A stretch of DNA of 64,000 nt from Patescibacteria group bacterium (GCA_041651355.1 JBAZJK010000001.1:37883-101882), one strand, 5' to 3'. Positions 44,531-55,204 are shown, numbered from the stretch's first letter. A program made the numbers and translations. Notes: generated by a model from the sequence alone, not told the origin.

Positions 44531-45169
44531 ATGTTGGCCAGTAGTCAATCCGATAAAAATATTTCCCAGACCGCTAATGATTCTAAGGCTCTTCCGCCGC
44601 AACAACGCTGGGCCGTTATTTTGTTATCAGCCCTTGGCTTGTCAGTCATAATATTTTGGGCTTGGCAGTTTAAATCGCGGGTTAGCGGTCCCTTCCAGAT
44701 ACCCGAGAATAAGGATAAATATGCGGCTATCGCCAGTTCTACTGATTTGACTAAAGATACGGATGGCGATGGCCTAACCGATTATGAAGAAAGCTCTGTT
44801 TACGAGACCTCTCCTTATTTAGCTGATTCCGATAGCGATAATATAAATGATGGCCAAGAGATAAAGCAGGGAACTAATCCAAATTGCCCAACTGGGCAGA
44901 CCTGCGGCCTAGAAGCGATTGCGCCTCCTTCAGCCAGCTCTTCTAATATCTTGGGTGAAACGACCGCCTCGGAAACCGATGTGACTTTAGAAGAAAAATT
45001 AGTTAACGGCGATATCAGTCCGGCTGAGTTGCGCCAGCTCCTCTTAGATAATGGTGCCGACCAAGCATCTTTAAGCCAGATAAGCGACCAAGATTTGTTG
45101 CAATTCTATCAAGAAACCCTTCAATCTCAGATGAACGCTAGTTCGTCTCTGCCCGCGTTATCACAATAA
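44531..45169 (+). CDS. Membrane-anchored protein with thrombospondin type-3-like Ca-binding repeats
   Basis: One TM helix (WAVILLSALGLSVIIFWAW) followed by DTDGDGLTDYEE...DSDSDNINDGQE. It ends 15 nt before the giant ORF. Confidence 0.5.
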   Translation: MLASSQSDKNISQTANDSKALPPQQRWAVILLSALGLSVIIFWAWQFKSRVSGPFQIPENKDKYAAIASSTDLTKDTDGDGLTDYEESSVYETSPYLADSDSDNINDGQEIKQGTNPNCPTGQTCGLEAIAPPSASSSNILGETTASETDVTLEEKLVNGDISPAELRQLLLDNGADQASLSQISDQDLLQFYQETLQSQMNASSSLPALSQ

Positions 45170-45184
45170 AATCTTTATAAAAAC

Positions 45185-48100
45185 ATGTCTCAAGATTTTA
45201 AAAGTCAGCCGAAAAATCCAAATCGTCAGGCTTTTTTTAGTTTTAGAAAAAAGATTGTCAGCGCCATATTCCTCTTAGCCTTCGGTGCCTTGGTTTTTGG
45301 CGTTCAGAATGTCAGGGCGCAACTAGTCACTACCGACCCTGGGTCTACAGCCGCGACGGTTGTCCAAACGAGTAAGGATATAATGAAAACAGTAAAGGAT
45401 ACTTGGTGGAATAAAATGGTAAAAATTTTGACCAGAGCCGGCTCGAAGGCTTTTAATGTAACTTTAAGAAGGGCTCTTAATAAAGTTGCCTATGATTATG
45501 CCACTGCTTTAGGTTCTGGAGATTGGGGGCAACAACCTTTATTCCAAGCCAGGAATTGGGGTGATTATTTTTCTGATATTGGAGATGAAGCCGCTGGTGA
45601 ATTCATTGAAGGCTTCGCCAATGATTTTAGTGAAGAGAACGCTAAACTAACCAAAGAACTTAACACCCAAGAAGTTAATGCTCATAATGATAGGGCTAAT
45701 TGTCTTAAGGCCTGCGAAGAATCAGCAGGCAGCGGAGCTTTGATGGGGGGAGATTACAGCCAACTTTTAGCTCAGTGCCAATCAGGCTGTATGTCTGCAT
45801 ATGATGCCACCATGGGGCCAATCAAAGAGAAAGAAAAAAGCTTGGGACAAAATAATCGCCCAATCGCTACCTGCCAACCGTCCTCGATTGATGTCAAACT
45901 GAAGATCGCTTTAGGTTTAGCTCAGGTTAACCGTCCCGCCGCCCCCAACTGTTCGGCTACAGAAATGATTAATAATTGGGGTAAGTTAGCTGATAACTAT
46001 CCTGATAAGTTAAAAAGTTTCAGTAGTCCAGACTATTTAGCTAAAACTTTGCCCAACATCTTTAATCCGGTTTCTAATGATTTAGGCATCGCCTTGACTC
46101 TGAGAAGTGATTTGTTGAGCAAGCAGGCTGAAAAAGATGCAAACGCTAAATTACAAGCCTCTATCGGTCAAGGTTATACGGATAAGCGCAATATCGCTGG
46201 CAATTTAATCAGTATTCCTAACAAGTCACGCATGGATACCGAAGCTTCTGGGCAGATGTATGCCGAAAATTTTGGCCAGTATACTGGCGACGCTTTCATT
46301 GATGCGGCCAATATTTTTATCAACCAAGCCGCTTTGACAGCTTGGAATAAATTGATGGCTTCTTTAGCTGAAAAGGCTAAAAAAGGCAATGATAAAGATA
46401 AAGATGACCCTTGTGCATCAAACCTCAACTCTGAAGCTTGTTTATTCTGTACTAAAAATCCCAATGATCCAAGCTGTCGAAAAACTACCAAGGTAGCTGG
46501 ATGCAACCCTCTCACCGACCCAAGTTGTGCTCCGGTCAGCTATGCCGAAGGCAATGTCCAGGAAGCGGCCTCGGTTTTAATCAAGCCTAGCTTTACCACT
46601 CAGGCTGATTATGATATTTTGCCCAGTTTGAGCACTTGTGTCGATCCGAATAACCCTGGTCCGACCGAGTGCGTTATTGATGAGCGCTTCTTGCAGGCGG
46701 TAACGGAGAAAAAGACTGTGGCTGAAGCCATAAAAGATAATTTTTTGAATAAAACCTGGCTCTTAAGCGGTAACAGCAAGGACTATAACAGTTATAATAT
46801 TAGGAACATCAGTATTTTAAGAAAATATAGAATTTTACCGGTCGGCTGGGAGGAAGCAGCTAACAAGATTGCTAAATTAAATAAGAAAGCCAGTTTAATG
46901 GATTTGGTTTCTTGCTTTAACCCTAATGATGAATATAACGAATTTGGCAGCCAGTTCGATGTCCGCGACCAAGCTTGGTGTGAAGGTTTAGTTGATCCTA
47001 ACTGGGTTTTGAAAGCACCTTTGAATTATTGTCGTAAACAAGGATCCGGCGGTCAGATTAGGGATTTACAGATCGTTCCTGGGCAATCAGGCCAGGGAGC
47101 TATTTCTGATCTGCCCAGTTCTCTGATTGTCAGCCGGGCGGACGAATATTGTGCCGATGAACAGTCATGCATCAAAGAAAAGGCCGATGGCAGCTGTGAG
47201 GCCTATGGCTATTGTAATACAGAAAAACGGACCTGGTCTTTCGGCCAAGATGCTTGCGAACCTATCTATAATACTTGCCAGACTTTTACCAAGGCTAACG
47301 GATCTTCGGTCTCTTATCTAAAAAACACCTTGGATTATGGTACCTGTAATGCTGATAATGCTGGTTGCCAAGCCTATTCTTGGTTTGGTTCATATAACTC
47401 AAGCAACGGACAAGTAGCTTGGGATATCGCTAAGCAGATTTACTTAAATGATAAGGCCGGCGTATGTTCGGCTAATGAAGAGGGCTGTACGGCTCTATAT
47501 CGGGTAAAACCGAGTTGGGGTTCTAATTTAATCATGAATGCTAATTTTGATAATGACCAAATTGGTGATACTTCTGATGATTTGGCGCAATGTACTACCT
47601 TGGGATCTCATTTAAATGATTGGTATTTTAGGAGCATGAGCTCTTCAGCTAATAATTGCAACGCCGAGATTTTTGACGCTTCAGGCTTGTCAGTTAATGG
47701 CAAGGCCCTTAAGCTTTCAGCCCAGTCTGGAGATATCGGTATCTATTCCGGAGATAATCATTCTTTACTGCCCGATGATTTTTCTTTCTTGAGCGGGCAA
47801 TCATATACATTTAGCGCTGATGTCTATCTCGTTTCTAGCAGCGGCGTCAGTCTCTGGATTGGGGATGATGCAGCTATTCCTAGCAATGCCGCTTCCACCA
47901 GCCAAAAAGGCTCTTGGCAACACCTTAGTTTCACCCGGAGCGCTCTGGATAATATTAATGATCCGGAGTTCGCGGTCAGGGGTGAAGCGGAATCCGGTTC
48001 GGTGGAATTTTATATCAAGAATCTTAAGTTCGAATTAAGTGATTTTGATACCGGCTACAGGTTGTATGGCGCCTATAAAGTCTATGAAAAAGTTTTGCCT

Positions 48101-51100
48101 CCATACCTTGAAGCCGCTTGTTATGTAAATGCCGGCTCGGGCGTTAGTGATTATACTTTAAAGCCGAATGCTCCTAGTATTTGTTCTACTTTTGCCCGTA
48201 AGTGTAATAAGAATGAAGCTGGTTGCGAACTTTATTCCTCTTTGGATAATTTCGCTATCCCGGCCCAGACCGTTCCTGCTGATTATTGCCCCGGCGAATG
48301 TTTAGGCTATGATACCTATGTTTCCAAGCAAAGTTATTTTAATTCACCAGCGGCGGAAAATCTTATTCCTAGAACAGCTCGTACTTGTACAGCTGCTAGC
48401 GTCGGTTGCAGCGAATTTACCAATTTAGACGAAACGGCTCGGGGAGGAGAGAATAAAGAGTATTATTCTTTCTTGAAGCAATGTATCAAACCGGATCCTA
48501 ATGCTTGCGGTGATTTCTATGTTTGGCAGAATGGCAATGAGAGCGGCTATCAACTCCAGGCGTTAAGCTTAAAGATCGATACGGCCGACCAAGATCCTTA
48601 TACGGTTGAAGATGATAGTGCTGCTTGTAGTGAAACAGTCTATAATTCTTTACCCGGTGATCCGAATTATAATCCAGATTGCCGCCAATTCTACAATAAG
48701 GCCGGTAATGTTTCATATCATTTAATCTCTAAGACGGTCAGTTGTTCGGATGAATGTAAAACTTTCCGCATGTCGGAAAAGAACATCGATGCTACTATTG
48801 TAAACCAGGCGGCTTGTAATGCTAGTAACCAGAGTTGGGATGCGGTTAATAACGTTTGTTATTCCTGCTTGAGCGGCGGCCAATGGGACGCCGGCCAGCA
48901 GGCCTGTCTGTATAAAGCTATTCCGAGCGAAGGGACTAAGTGCAGCGCTCAAGAAAACGGTTGCCGTGAATTCAACGGTAATCGCGGCAACAATTTACGT
49001 CTAATCCAGACCTATGATTTCGAAAATGGCATTTCTCCTTGGGAAACCGATGACGCTACCGCTACTTCCAGTCCGGACTCGAATAATAAAGACGGCAGTT
49101 CGATTAAGATCGATCCGAGCGGCATGGGAGGAATCAAGACTACTCTCGGCTATATTATAAATAGCCAAGCTTCTTATGTCATTAAATTTTTAGCCAAAGC
49201 GGAAAATACCACCAAGATGAGAATTTCCTTATCTAATAATGATGGCGGAGTCAGCGTCTTTGGTCCGGCTAATCCCGATAGCTTAGAGCTTAAGGGCGAT
49301 AACAGTTGGCACAGCTATCAAATCAATCTTAATGTCTTAAACCACGAAGTCAGCAGTGAAGAGTACTTGCTCTTAGAGGTGGACAATATTGTTAAGCTCG
49401 ATAATGTTGTCTTACAGGAAATTAGTGATAAGTATTATCTAATCGCGCGTTCCAGCGCTATTCCGGATATCTGCTATTATGACATGTTGGATAAATTTCA
49501 AGGCGCTGATTATAATCTGGGTTGTTCCGCTTATGCTGATCGTAACGGTGTCCAGCATAATTTGCATCAATTCAGTCGCCTGTGCCAAGATTCGGCCGTC
49601 GGTTGTGAAATGATGATTAATACCTATAATTACAGCCCCTATAACAGTCGGCTCTTCAATGATCTTAACGACAATAAAGTCTGTGATAGTAATGAGCCTG
49701 ATTGCGTCAAGGTTAAGCAGGATGGCATCGTTTACGCCGTTTTCGATAAGAGCAAGCAATGTAATAGCGCCGACCAAGGCTGTTCGTTGTTTGGCCAAGC
49801 CCAGAAACAAGGCGTGACTTGGTATTTTAACAATGTCTATAAGAAAAATAATCCTGACAGTTACGATCAGTCCCTCTGCCGCAGCGGCGATGTCGGCTGC
49901 GCTAAGTGGAGTGATGATAATGGCGGCGAAAGCTACTTTAAAGATCCCGGCCTTAATGCCTGTGTCTATCGCAATGCCGCTAGCGGCAGCGGTAAAGATT
50001 GGTTCCGCATTCCAGTCAAGCGTTGCGACCTTAATGACGATGGCCAGATCAAGAATGTTAGCGGCGCCAATGAGTCTGCCGGCAGTCTGTGTTTTAGTGA
50101 TACTGATTGCAGTGATGGTCACAAGTGTTTAGTGGACAATAATGATTACAGTTGCAGTTCTTCTTATCTAAAGACCATCGGCTACGGCGGGGTTAATAAC
50201 CGCATCCCTACTCCTGATGGATCGGCTGGTTTATGCGAGGCCACAGCTTCTGGCTGTACAGAGTATATTGACCCGGTTAGTAAATTTTCTAGCAATTTAG
50301 TGATCAATCCTAACTTCGAAGATACTAATGGCGACGGCAAGATAGGGGACGGTTGGACTACTTATACATATGGCTCCGAGATTTTCTATAAACAGAGAAT
50401 TTCTATCCAAGCTGGCCGCCTGTATAAATTCTATTTCTCCAATCCGGTAAACAATTTTGCTATCAATTTCAAATGTGATGAAGATTTCCGGGCTCTAGGA
50501 CCTGATAACCAATTCAGCGGACCGCAAAAGAGCTCAAAGGTCTTGGCTAACAGCCCGCTCCTATTCTTATCCCCAATCAATAATACTTGCGAGATAAGGG
50601 AGGGTAAGGCTGATAGAAGTTTTGAACTTAAAGAAGCGATTGTCAGTTATCAAAAACAGAATGAAGTTGACCAGAAAAGCTGTAATGGAATAGTTAATTT
50701 TGAAAATGGTTGTGTTTTATTCAACGAAAGGAGCCAATCTGGGTCCAAGCCTTCAAGCCTTTTGGGCGCGTGGGATGCCGGAGCTAGCCGGGATAAGAAT
50801 TCGCCTGCTGCTTGCGGGACAACCACGGTTTCTAACGTTAGCCAGTCTTGTGAAGATACTTGCTATCCTCTAGCCGATATATCCTTTAATACCTGTAATA
50901 CTAATAAACTGATTAAGGTCAGACCTGACCGAACTTGCGGCGCCTGGTTAGATTGCAGCTCCTATGCTATCGATCCGGAAACCAAGGAAAAGACTTGCTA
51001 TGCCGTCAGCCAATGCGATCGCTTGGATGATAAGAAGGAGTGCGCTAGTTTCGTTAAGGCGGCGGCTACTTCCACTTCTATCCATAGTTTCAGTTTTGGC

Positions 51101-53626
51101 AGTGACAAGAATTCGACTGGTTATTCCTTGTTAGATAAATACTATCTGCCTAACATGAAGGAGGTTGGCAGTGATATTGGCTGGCATGTCGACTTTGAAA
51201 GCAAAGCAACGCCATTGTCGTGCCGTAAGCTTAACACCTCTAACACCTTCGGGACCTGCGTCTTTGATAAAAATATTAATACCGACAGTATCGTGAGCGA
51301 ACCAGAGAACGCCCCGACCGATTACCCGGCTCATGGCACCGGCTATCTTAAGGTTTTAAGTTTCTATCAGATTTCTCCCATGCCCGGGGCTAGCTGTATC
51401 CCCGTAGTCAAAGGTCAAGATTATTATCTAAACTATTTAGTTAATACTAAAAATTCTGGCATCAAGGCGAAGATTATCATCGGAAAATGCAGCGATAATA
51501 CTCCTGGCGGTAGTCTGACCTCTTATTTAGCTGAAGCTCCTGATGGTTGGGAAAGAAAGGTTAATAAGATTAGTATTCCTAGTAACTTTAATAGTGATGG
51601 CATCAGGATTTTCTTGACCTCTGATGCCTTGGATGGCTCGGCGCCAGATTACAAGGAGAATTACGTTTATTTTGATGATTTAAATATCGAACCGGTTTTG
51701 AAGGTTGGTTCGGGCGCGAACGATTATATCGCCAAAGAGTGCCGCCTGTATCCCAGTAATGACAGTTTGACTTGTCTGAGTCGGGGAGAAAATGTCATTA
51801 GCGACGGGCTTTATGGCTATTGTCTGGAACATGATAAGAATAATAAGAACGTCTGCCTGCTGTGGTATCCTTTGGATAGTATTAGCGCCGGAGTGAATCG
51901 CAACAACAAGATCAGCGGCTATAAAGGAACTTTCCCCTTAAATTATTGCACGGAAATGAATGGTAATTTCAATCTATTAGAAAACAGAAAGACGGTCTTT
52001 ATGGGGTGTTTTACTCATAATACCGGGGATAATTGGAACCGTTGTTATCTTAATTCTCCCGCCGGCGGGACTCTCCATGCGATAACCAGTGGCTCAACTG
52101 CTGCCAAAGAAGTGGGCGATTTTTCCTGGGCTTGTAACGTGGGTAATACTGGTAGCGATGCTTCTAGTATCTTCTATAATCAGGACAGCGATATCGCCAG
52201 CCTATGCGGTAATAACGATTACTGGATCTTTAAGCGTCAGATAGGTGGTAAGGCCGCTACTTTCTGCGTCCCGACTTTTTATAACGGCTGGCCCTCATCA
52301 ACGATTACTACGGACTATCCTTATGTTGGCCAAGAAAACGTAGTGGCGGAAAAACCAACATCCCAAGAATTTTCTTGTAACTCGGGAACAGATTCCTTTT
52401 CTATGAGCGAAGGTTGGTGGCCCTATAACGGCATGAATAATAAGGGAAATGTGGATGAATCAAAAAATATAGAGAACCCGATCAGGGTTTGGGATAATAT
52501 AGCTAAGCCGAGAGATCCGCGCGATCTTAAGTTCGCCCCTTTGAGTAATAATGACAAGGAAAGTAACTATGACTTAGTCTGTAATAAGTTTACCCAGTTG
52601 GTAGATTTGAATGGCTATAATATGTCCTGGGTCGACCGTTTGAGCAAAAATTCCGCTTATCCTACTTCGACGCCAGATTTTTTCAAGTACGGTGCCAATA
52701 CCTATAAGAATGCGCCATACAATTTGATCGGCTATGGTCGGAATCGGGAATCCATTCCTTTCGGGGCCGCTATCTTGCCGGCGAATGTAGATATTTTCGG
52801 TTTAACAGCGATTAAGTTCCGCGATCAATATTCAGAGAAGAACCAAGAGGACATCTTAGCCGGACGACCCTATGGTTGCGTGGGTTCTGGTTGTAGCAAC
52901 ATCGGCTCTTGTAGTCTAAACCCCAACGTGTTCTGTCTCTTAGCCCAAGAACAGGATGGGAAGGGTTATCTGGCCAGCCGATCCTGTTATGGCGGCGCTT
53001 ATGGTAAATGCGAGCCGATTTGGCAGAAGCCTTTACAGGTTAGTGGTGTGGGGACGGTCCAGAAAGATTATGAAAATATCTTAAAAACCCTGTTTATCAA
53101 GAGTTATGCCGCCTATGATTTAAGTGGTGGGACCTATAATTATGGCAGCTATAACTTCAATCATTCGCAAATGGCGCCGAGCGCTGATCGTATTCCTTTG
53201 TGTCCTAGTACTACTGGCCGCCCAGCCGATAATAGCGACTCTTTCTGTGCCGTCACGCCCGTCATCGAGAATGCGATGATATCTTCCAATAGCAATCCGG
53301 TCAGCGTTCCGTCTTCCGGCGTAGTCAACATTGCCAGCGCCGGCGTGTATCGCTTGGATTTCAATACTACGATTGATAAGGAACAGCAACCCCTACGGGA
53401 TATTTATATCGATTGGGATGACGGTAATATCCAGGTGATTAATAATCAGGATAGTCGTCCGAGTCCAGCTAGCCCGCATCGGATTTATCACTATTATTCC
53501 ACGACCGGCAACAAGACCTTGAAGTTGGCAGTTTATGACAATTGGGGAATATATATAAATGCCTTTGCTCAACCAATCAAAGTGGAAGAAGTTTCTAATT
53601 CAACCCTTTTGAATATAGTGGAATAA
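45185..53626 (+). CDS. Giant (2813 aa) Cys-rich surface protein: N-terminal anchor/signal, four jelly-roll/CBM-like modules, recurrent C-x5-G-C motifs, and a PKD-like C-terminal domain
   Basis: This is an uninterrupted 8.4-kb ORF. The N-terminal hydrophobic segment is IVSAIFLLAFGALVFGV. Modules begin at LIMNANFDND, YDFENGISPWETDD, VINPNFEDTNGDG and VDFESKATP. The C-terminus is IDWDDGN...HRIYHYYSTTGNKTLKLAVYDNWG. Confidence 0.7.
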   Translation: MSQDFKSQPKNPNRQAFFSFRKKIVSAIFLLAFGALVFGVQNVRAQLVTTDPGSTAATVVQTSKDIMKTVKDTWWNKMVKILTRAGSKAFNVTLRRALNKVAYDYATALGSGDWGQQPLFQARNWGDYFSDIGDEAAGEFIEGFANDFSEENAKLTKELNTQEVNAHNDRANCLKACEESAGSGALMGGDYSQLLAQCQSGCMSAYDATMGPIKEKEKSLGQNNRPIATCQPSSIDVKLKIALGLAQVNRPAAPNCSATEMINNWGKLADNYPDKLKSFSSPDYLAKTLPNIFNPVSNDLGIALTLRSDLLSKQAEKDANAKLQASIGQGYTDKRNIAGNLISIPNKSRMDTEASGQMYAENFGQYTGDAFIDAANIFINQAALTAWNKLMASLAEKAKKGNDKDKDDPCASNLNSEACLFCTKNPNDPSCRKTTKVAGCNPLTDPSCAPVSYAEGNVQEAASVLIKPSFTTQADYDILPSLSTCVDPNNPGPTECVIDERFLQAVTEKKTVAEAIKDNFLNKTWLLSGNSKDYNSYNIRNISILRKYRILPVGWEEAANKIAKLNKKASLMDLVSCFNPNDEYNEFGSQFDVRDQAWCEGLVDPNWVLKAPLNYCRKQGSGGQIRDLQIVPGQSGQGAISDLPSSLIVSRADEYCADEQSCIKEKADGSCEAYGYCNTEKRTWSFGQDACEPIYNTCQTFTKANGSSVSYLKNTLDYGTCNADNAGCQAYSWFGSYNSSNGQVAWDIAKQIYLNDKAGVCSANEEGCTALYRVKPSWGSNLIMNANFDNDQIGDTSDDLAQCTTLGSHLNDWYFRSMSSSANNCNAEIFDASGLSVNGKALKLSAQSGDIGIYSGDNHSLLPDDFSFLSGQSYTFSADVYLVSSSGVSLWIGDDAAIPSNAASTSQKGSWQHLSFTRSALDNINDPEFAVRGEAESGSVEFYIKNLKFELSDFDTGYRLYGAYKVYEKVLPPYLEAACYVNAGSGVSDYTLKPNAPSICSTFARKCNKNEAGCELYSSLDNFAIPAQTVPADYCPGECLGYDTYVSKQSYFNSPAAENLIPRTARTCTAASVGCSEFTNLDETARGGENKEYYSFLKQCIKPDPNACGDFYVWQNGNESGYQLQALSLKIDTADQDPYTVEDDSAACSETVYNSLPGDPNYNPDCRQFYNKAGNVSYHLISKTVSCSDECKTFRMSEKNIDATIVNQAACNASNQSWDAVNNVCYSCLSGGQWDAGQQACLYKAIPSEGTKCSAQENGCREFNGNRGNNLRLIQTYDFENGISPWETDDATATSSPDSNNKDGSSIKIDPSGMGGIKTTLGYIINSQASYVIKFLAKAENTTKMRISLSNNDGGVSVFGPANPDSLELKGDNSWHSYQINLNVLNHEVSSEEYLLLEVDNIVKLDNVVLQEISDKYYLIARSSAIPDICYYDMLDKFQGADYNLGCSAYADRNGVQHNLHQFSRLCQDSAVGCEMMINTYNYSPYNSRLFNDLNDNKVCDSNEPDCVKVKQDGIVYAVFDKSKQCNSADQGCSLFGQAQKQGVTWYFNNVYKKNNPDSYDQSLCRSGDVGCAKWSDDNGGESYFKDPGLNACVYRNAASGSGKDWFRIPVKRCDLNDDGQIKNVSGANESAGSLCFSDTDCSDGHKCLVDNNDYSCSSSYLKTIGYGGVNNRIPTPDGSAGLCEATASGCTEYIDPVSKFSSNLVINPNFEDTNGDGKIGDGWTTYTYGSEIFYKQRISIQAGRLYKFYFSNPVNNFAINFKCDEDFRALGPDNQFSGPQKSSKVLANSPLLFLSPINNTCEIREGKADRSFELKEAIVSYQKQNEVDQKSCNGIVNFENGCVLFNERSQSGSKPSSLLGAWDAGASRDKNSPAACGTTTVSNVSQSCEDTCYPLADISFNTCNTNKLIKVRPDRTCGAWLDCSSYAIDPETKEKTCYAVSQCDRLDDKKECASFVKAAATSTSIHSFSFGSDKNSTGYSLLDKYYLPNMKEVGSDIGWHVDFESKATPLSCRKLNTSNTFGTCVFDKNINTDSIVSEPENAPTDYPAHGTGYLKVLSFYQISPMPGASCIPVVKGQDYYLNYLVNTKNSGIKAKIIIGKCSDNTPGGSLTSYLAEAPDGWERKVNKISIPSNFNSDGIRIFLTSDALDGSAPDYKENYVYFDDLNIEPVLKVGSGANDYIAKECRLYPSNDSLTCLSRGENVISDGLYGYCLEHDKNNKNVCLLWYPLDSISAGVNRNNKISGYKGTFPLNYCTEMNGNFNLLENRKTVFMGCFTHNTGDNWNRCYLNSPAGGTLHAITSGSTAAKEVGDFSWACNVGNTGSDASSIFYNQDSDIASLCGNNDYWIFKRQIGGKAATFCVPTFYNGWPSSTITTDYPYVGQENVVAEKPTSQEFSCNSGTDSFSMSEGWWPYNGMNNKGNVDESKNIENPIRVWDNIAKPRDPRDLKFAPLSNNDKESNYDLVCNKFTQLVDLNGYNMSWVDRLSKNSAYPTSTPDFFKYGANTYKNAPYNLIGYGRNRESIPFGAAILPANVDIFGLTAIKFRDQYSEKNQEDILAGRPYGCVGSGCSNIGSCSLNPNVFCLLAQEQDGKGYLASRSCYGGAYGKCEPIWQKPLQVSGVGTVQKDYENILKTLFIKSYAAYDLSGGTYNYGSYNFNHSQMAPSADRIPLCPSTTGRPADNSDSFCAVTPVIENAMISSNSNPVSVPSSGVVNIASAGVYRLDFNTTIDKEQQPLRDIYIDWDDGNIQVINNQDSRPSPASPHRIYHYYSTTGNKTLKLAVYDNWGIYINAFAQPIKVEEVSNSTLLNIVE

Positions 53627-53651
53627 GAAATAGAAAGTTATATTTTTCAGT

Positions 53652-53677
53652 AAACGCCCCAAAATTGGGGCGTTTTT
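53652..53677 (+). terminator. Rho-independent terminator after the giant gene
   Basis: aaaCGCCCC aaaatt GGGGCGttttt. Confidence 0.75.
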
Positions 53678-53731
53678 GTCTTTACAAAGGCTTTTTTTGC
53701 CTGTATGATGGTCTTATAAATATTTAAACAT

Positions 53732-55039
53732 ATGTCCAATCATCCAAGAGTTTTAATAAAAGACTTAAGCCAAAATTTCGAGAAAACTGTATGCATCAAG
53801 GGTTTTGTTGATAGCCTGCGCGATCAAAAGAAATTCGTTTTTTTAATCCTAAGAGATGGAAACGGCCAGGCACAGATTTTCTGCGATAAAGATGGTAAAT
53901 TTGATGAAATATTAGAAAAAATTACTCCAGAATCAACTTTGGAAATAACGGGAAAAGTTGTTAAAAATGAGTCGGTTAAGCTTAATGGCCTAGAGTTGAT
54001 TCCGGAAGAGATAAAGATTCTGAGTTTAGCGGCCACTCCTTTGCCGATCGATGCCGCTACTAACCTGAACGATCGTCTGGATTGGCGTTTTTTAGACTTG
54101 CGTCGAGCTGAGAACCTCTTAATTTTTAAACTCCAAACTTTGGCTGAAAAAGCGATGCGTGATTTTTGGCAGGAAAGAGGCTTTATTGAAATCCATTCCC
54201 CCAAGTTGATGGGAGCGGCTAGCGAATCAGGCGCTGAATTATTTGAAGTAAAATATTTTGACGGCAAAGCCTATTTGGCCCAGAGTCCCCAGTTCTATAA
54301 ACAAATGGCAATGGCAGCTGGGTTTGATAAGGTATTTGAAATCGGTCCGGTCTTTAGGGCTAACCCCTCCTTCACCTCCCGCCATGATACGGAATTCACT
54401 AGCATTGACGTGGAAATCGCCTGGATAGATTCGGTAGAAGACGTTATGAAACTGGAGGAGGAATGGCTAAATTATATTTTTTCTCGGATAAAGGAAGGGC
54501 TAGGGGAAGAGATCAAAGCCTTATTTAATATTGATATCGAAGTGCCCAGTTTGCCTTTCCCAAGATTAAAGATGAAGGAAGCTAGAGAAATAGTCACTAA
54601 GTCCGGACATAAGATCGGTCCTGACTACGAGGGGGAACTAGACCCTGAAGGTGAAAAGATTGTAGCCGAACACGTCAAGAAAGAATTAAACCACGATTTT
54701 GTTTTTGTGACCGATTATCCAGCAGCTATCCGGGCTTTCTATCATATGCGGGACGAGGATAATAAGACGACTTTAAGTTTCGACTTACTTTATAAAGGTT
54801 TAGAGGTGACTACGGGAGCGCAAAGGGAACATCGCTTAGATGTTCTAACCAGGCAAGCCGAGGAAAAGGGAATTTCTCCGGCTGCCGTCCAATTCTATCT
54901 TGATTTCTTCAAGTTCGGCATGCCACCGCACGGCGGTTTCGGTTTCGGTTTGACTAGACTGATAATGTTAATGCTTAACCTAAAGAACGTCCGGGAGGTC
55001 ACTTATATTTATCGCGGTCCTAACCGTTTATTTCCTTGA
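53732..55039 (+). CDS. aspS: Aspartyl-tRNA synthetase, archaeal/eukaryal type (short, ~435 aa)
   Basis: An N-terminal OB fold, LAQSPQFYKQ, motif 2 FRANPSFTSRHDTEFTSIDVE and motif 3 PPHGGFGFGLTRL. It lacks the bacterial-type insertion domain and ends with TGA. Confidence 0.85.
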   Translation: MSNHPRVLIKDLSQNFEKTVCIKGFVDSLRDQKKFVFLILRDGNGQAQIFCDKDGKFDEILEKITPESTLEITGKVVKNESVKLNGLELIPEEIKILSLAATPLPIDAATNLNDRLDWRFLDLRRAENLLIFKLQTLAEKAMRDFWQERGFIEIHSPKLMGAASESGAELFEVKYFDGKAYLAQSPQFYKQMAMAAGFDKVFEIGPVFRANPSFTSRHDTEFTSIDVEIAWIDSVEDVMKLEEEWLNYIFSRIKEGLGEEIKALFNIDIEVPSLPFPRLKMKEAREIVTKSGHKIGPDYEGELDPEGEKIVAEHVKKELNHDFVFVTDYPAAIRAFYHMRDEDNKTTLSFDLLYKGLEVTTGAQREHRLDVLTRQAEEKGISPAAVQFYLDFFKFGMPPHGGFGFGLTRLIMLMLNLKNVREVTYIYRGPNRLFP

Positions 55040-55063
55040 TCATATTAAGTCAGTAGTATTTAT

Positions 55064-55096
55064 AAAAGAGGCTATAAGCAGCCTCTTTTATTTTTG
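55064..55096 (+). terminator. Rho-independent terminator after aspS
   Basis: Stem aagaggct / agcctctt with a 6-nt loop, followed by ttatttttg. Confidence 0.6.
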
Positions 55097-55204
55097 CCTT
55101 TTCTTGTGATTTATTGTAAAATAAAGACAAGAATGGCCTGTTAAAATCTCTTTGCCTGTTGTATAATTAGCTTGTATTCAAGCTATTAGTATTTTTCCAG
55201 GCCT

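Noticed and set aside
49439-50122. A 227-aa minus-strand ORF antisense to the giant gene. Similar antisense ORFs occur at 46174..46515, 53120..53389 and 48498..48952.
   Set aside because: It lies entirely inside a much longer, well-supported sense ORF. It has a low-complexity I/A/T-rich composition and no motifs. This is typical of a shadow ORF.
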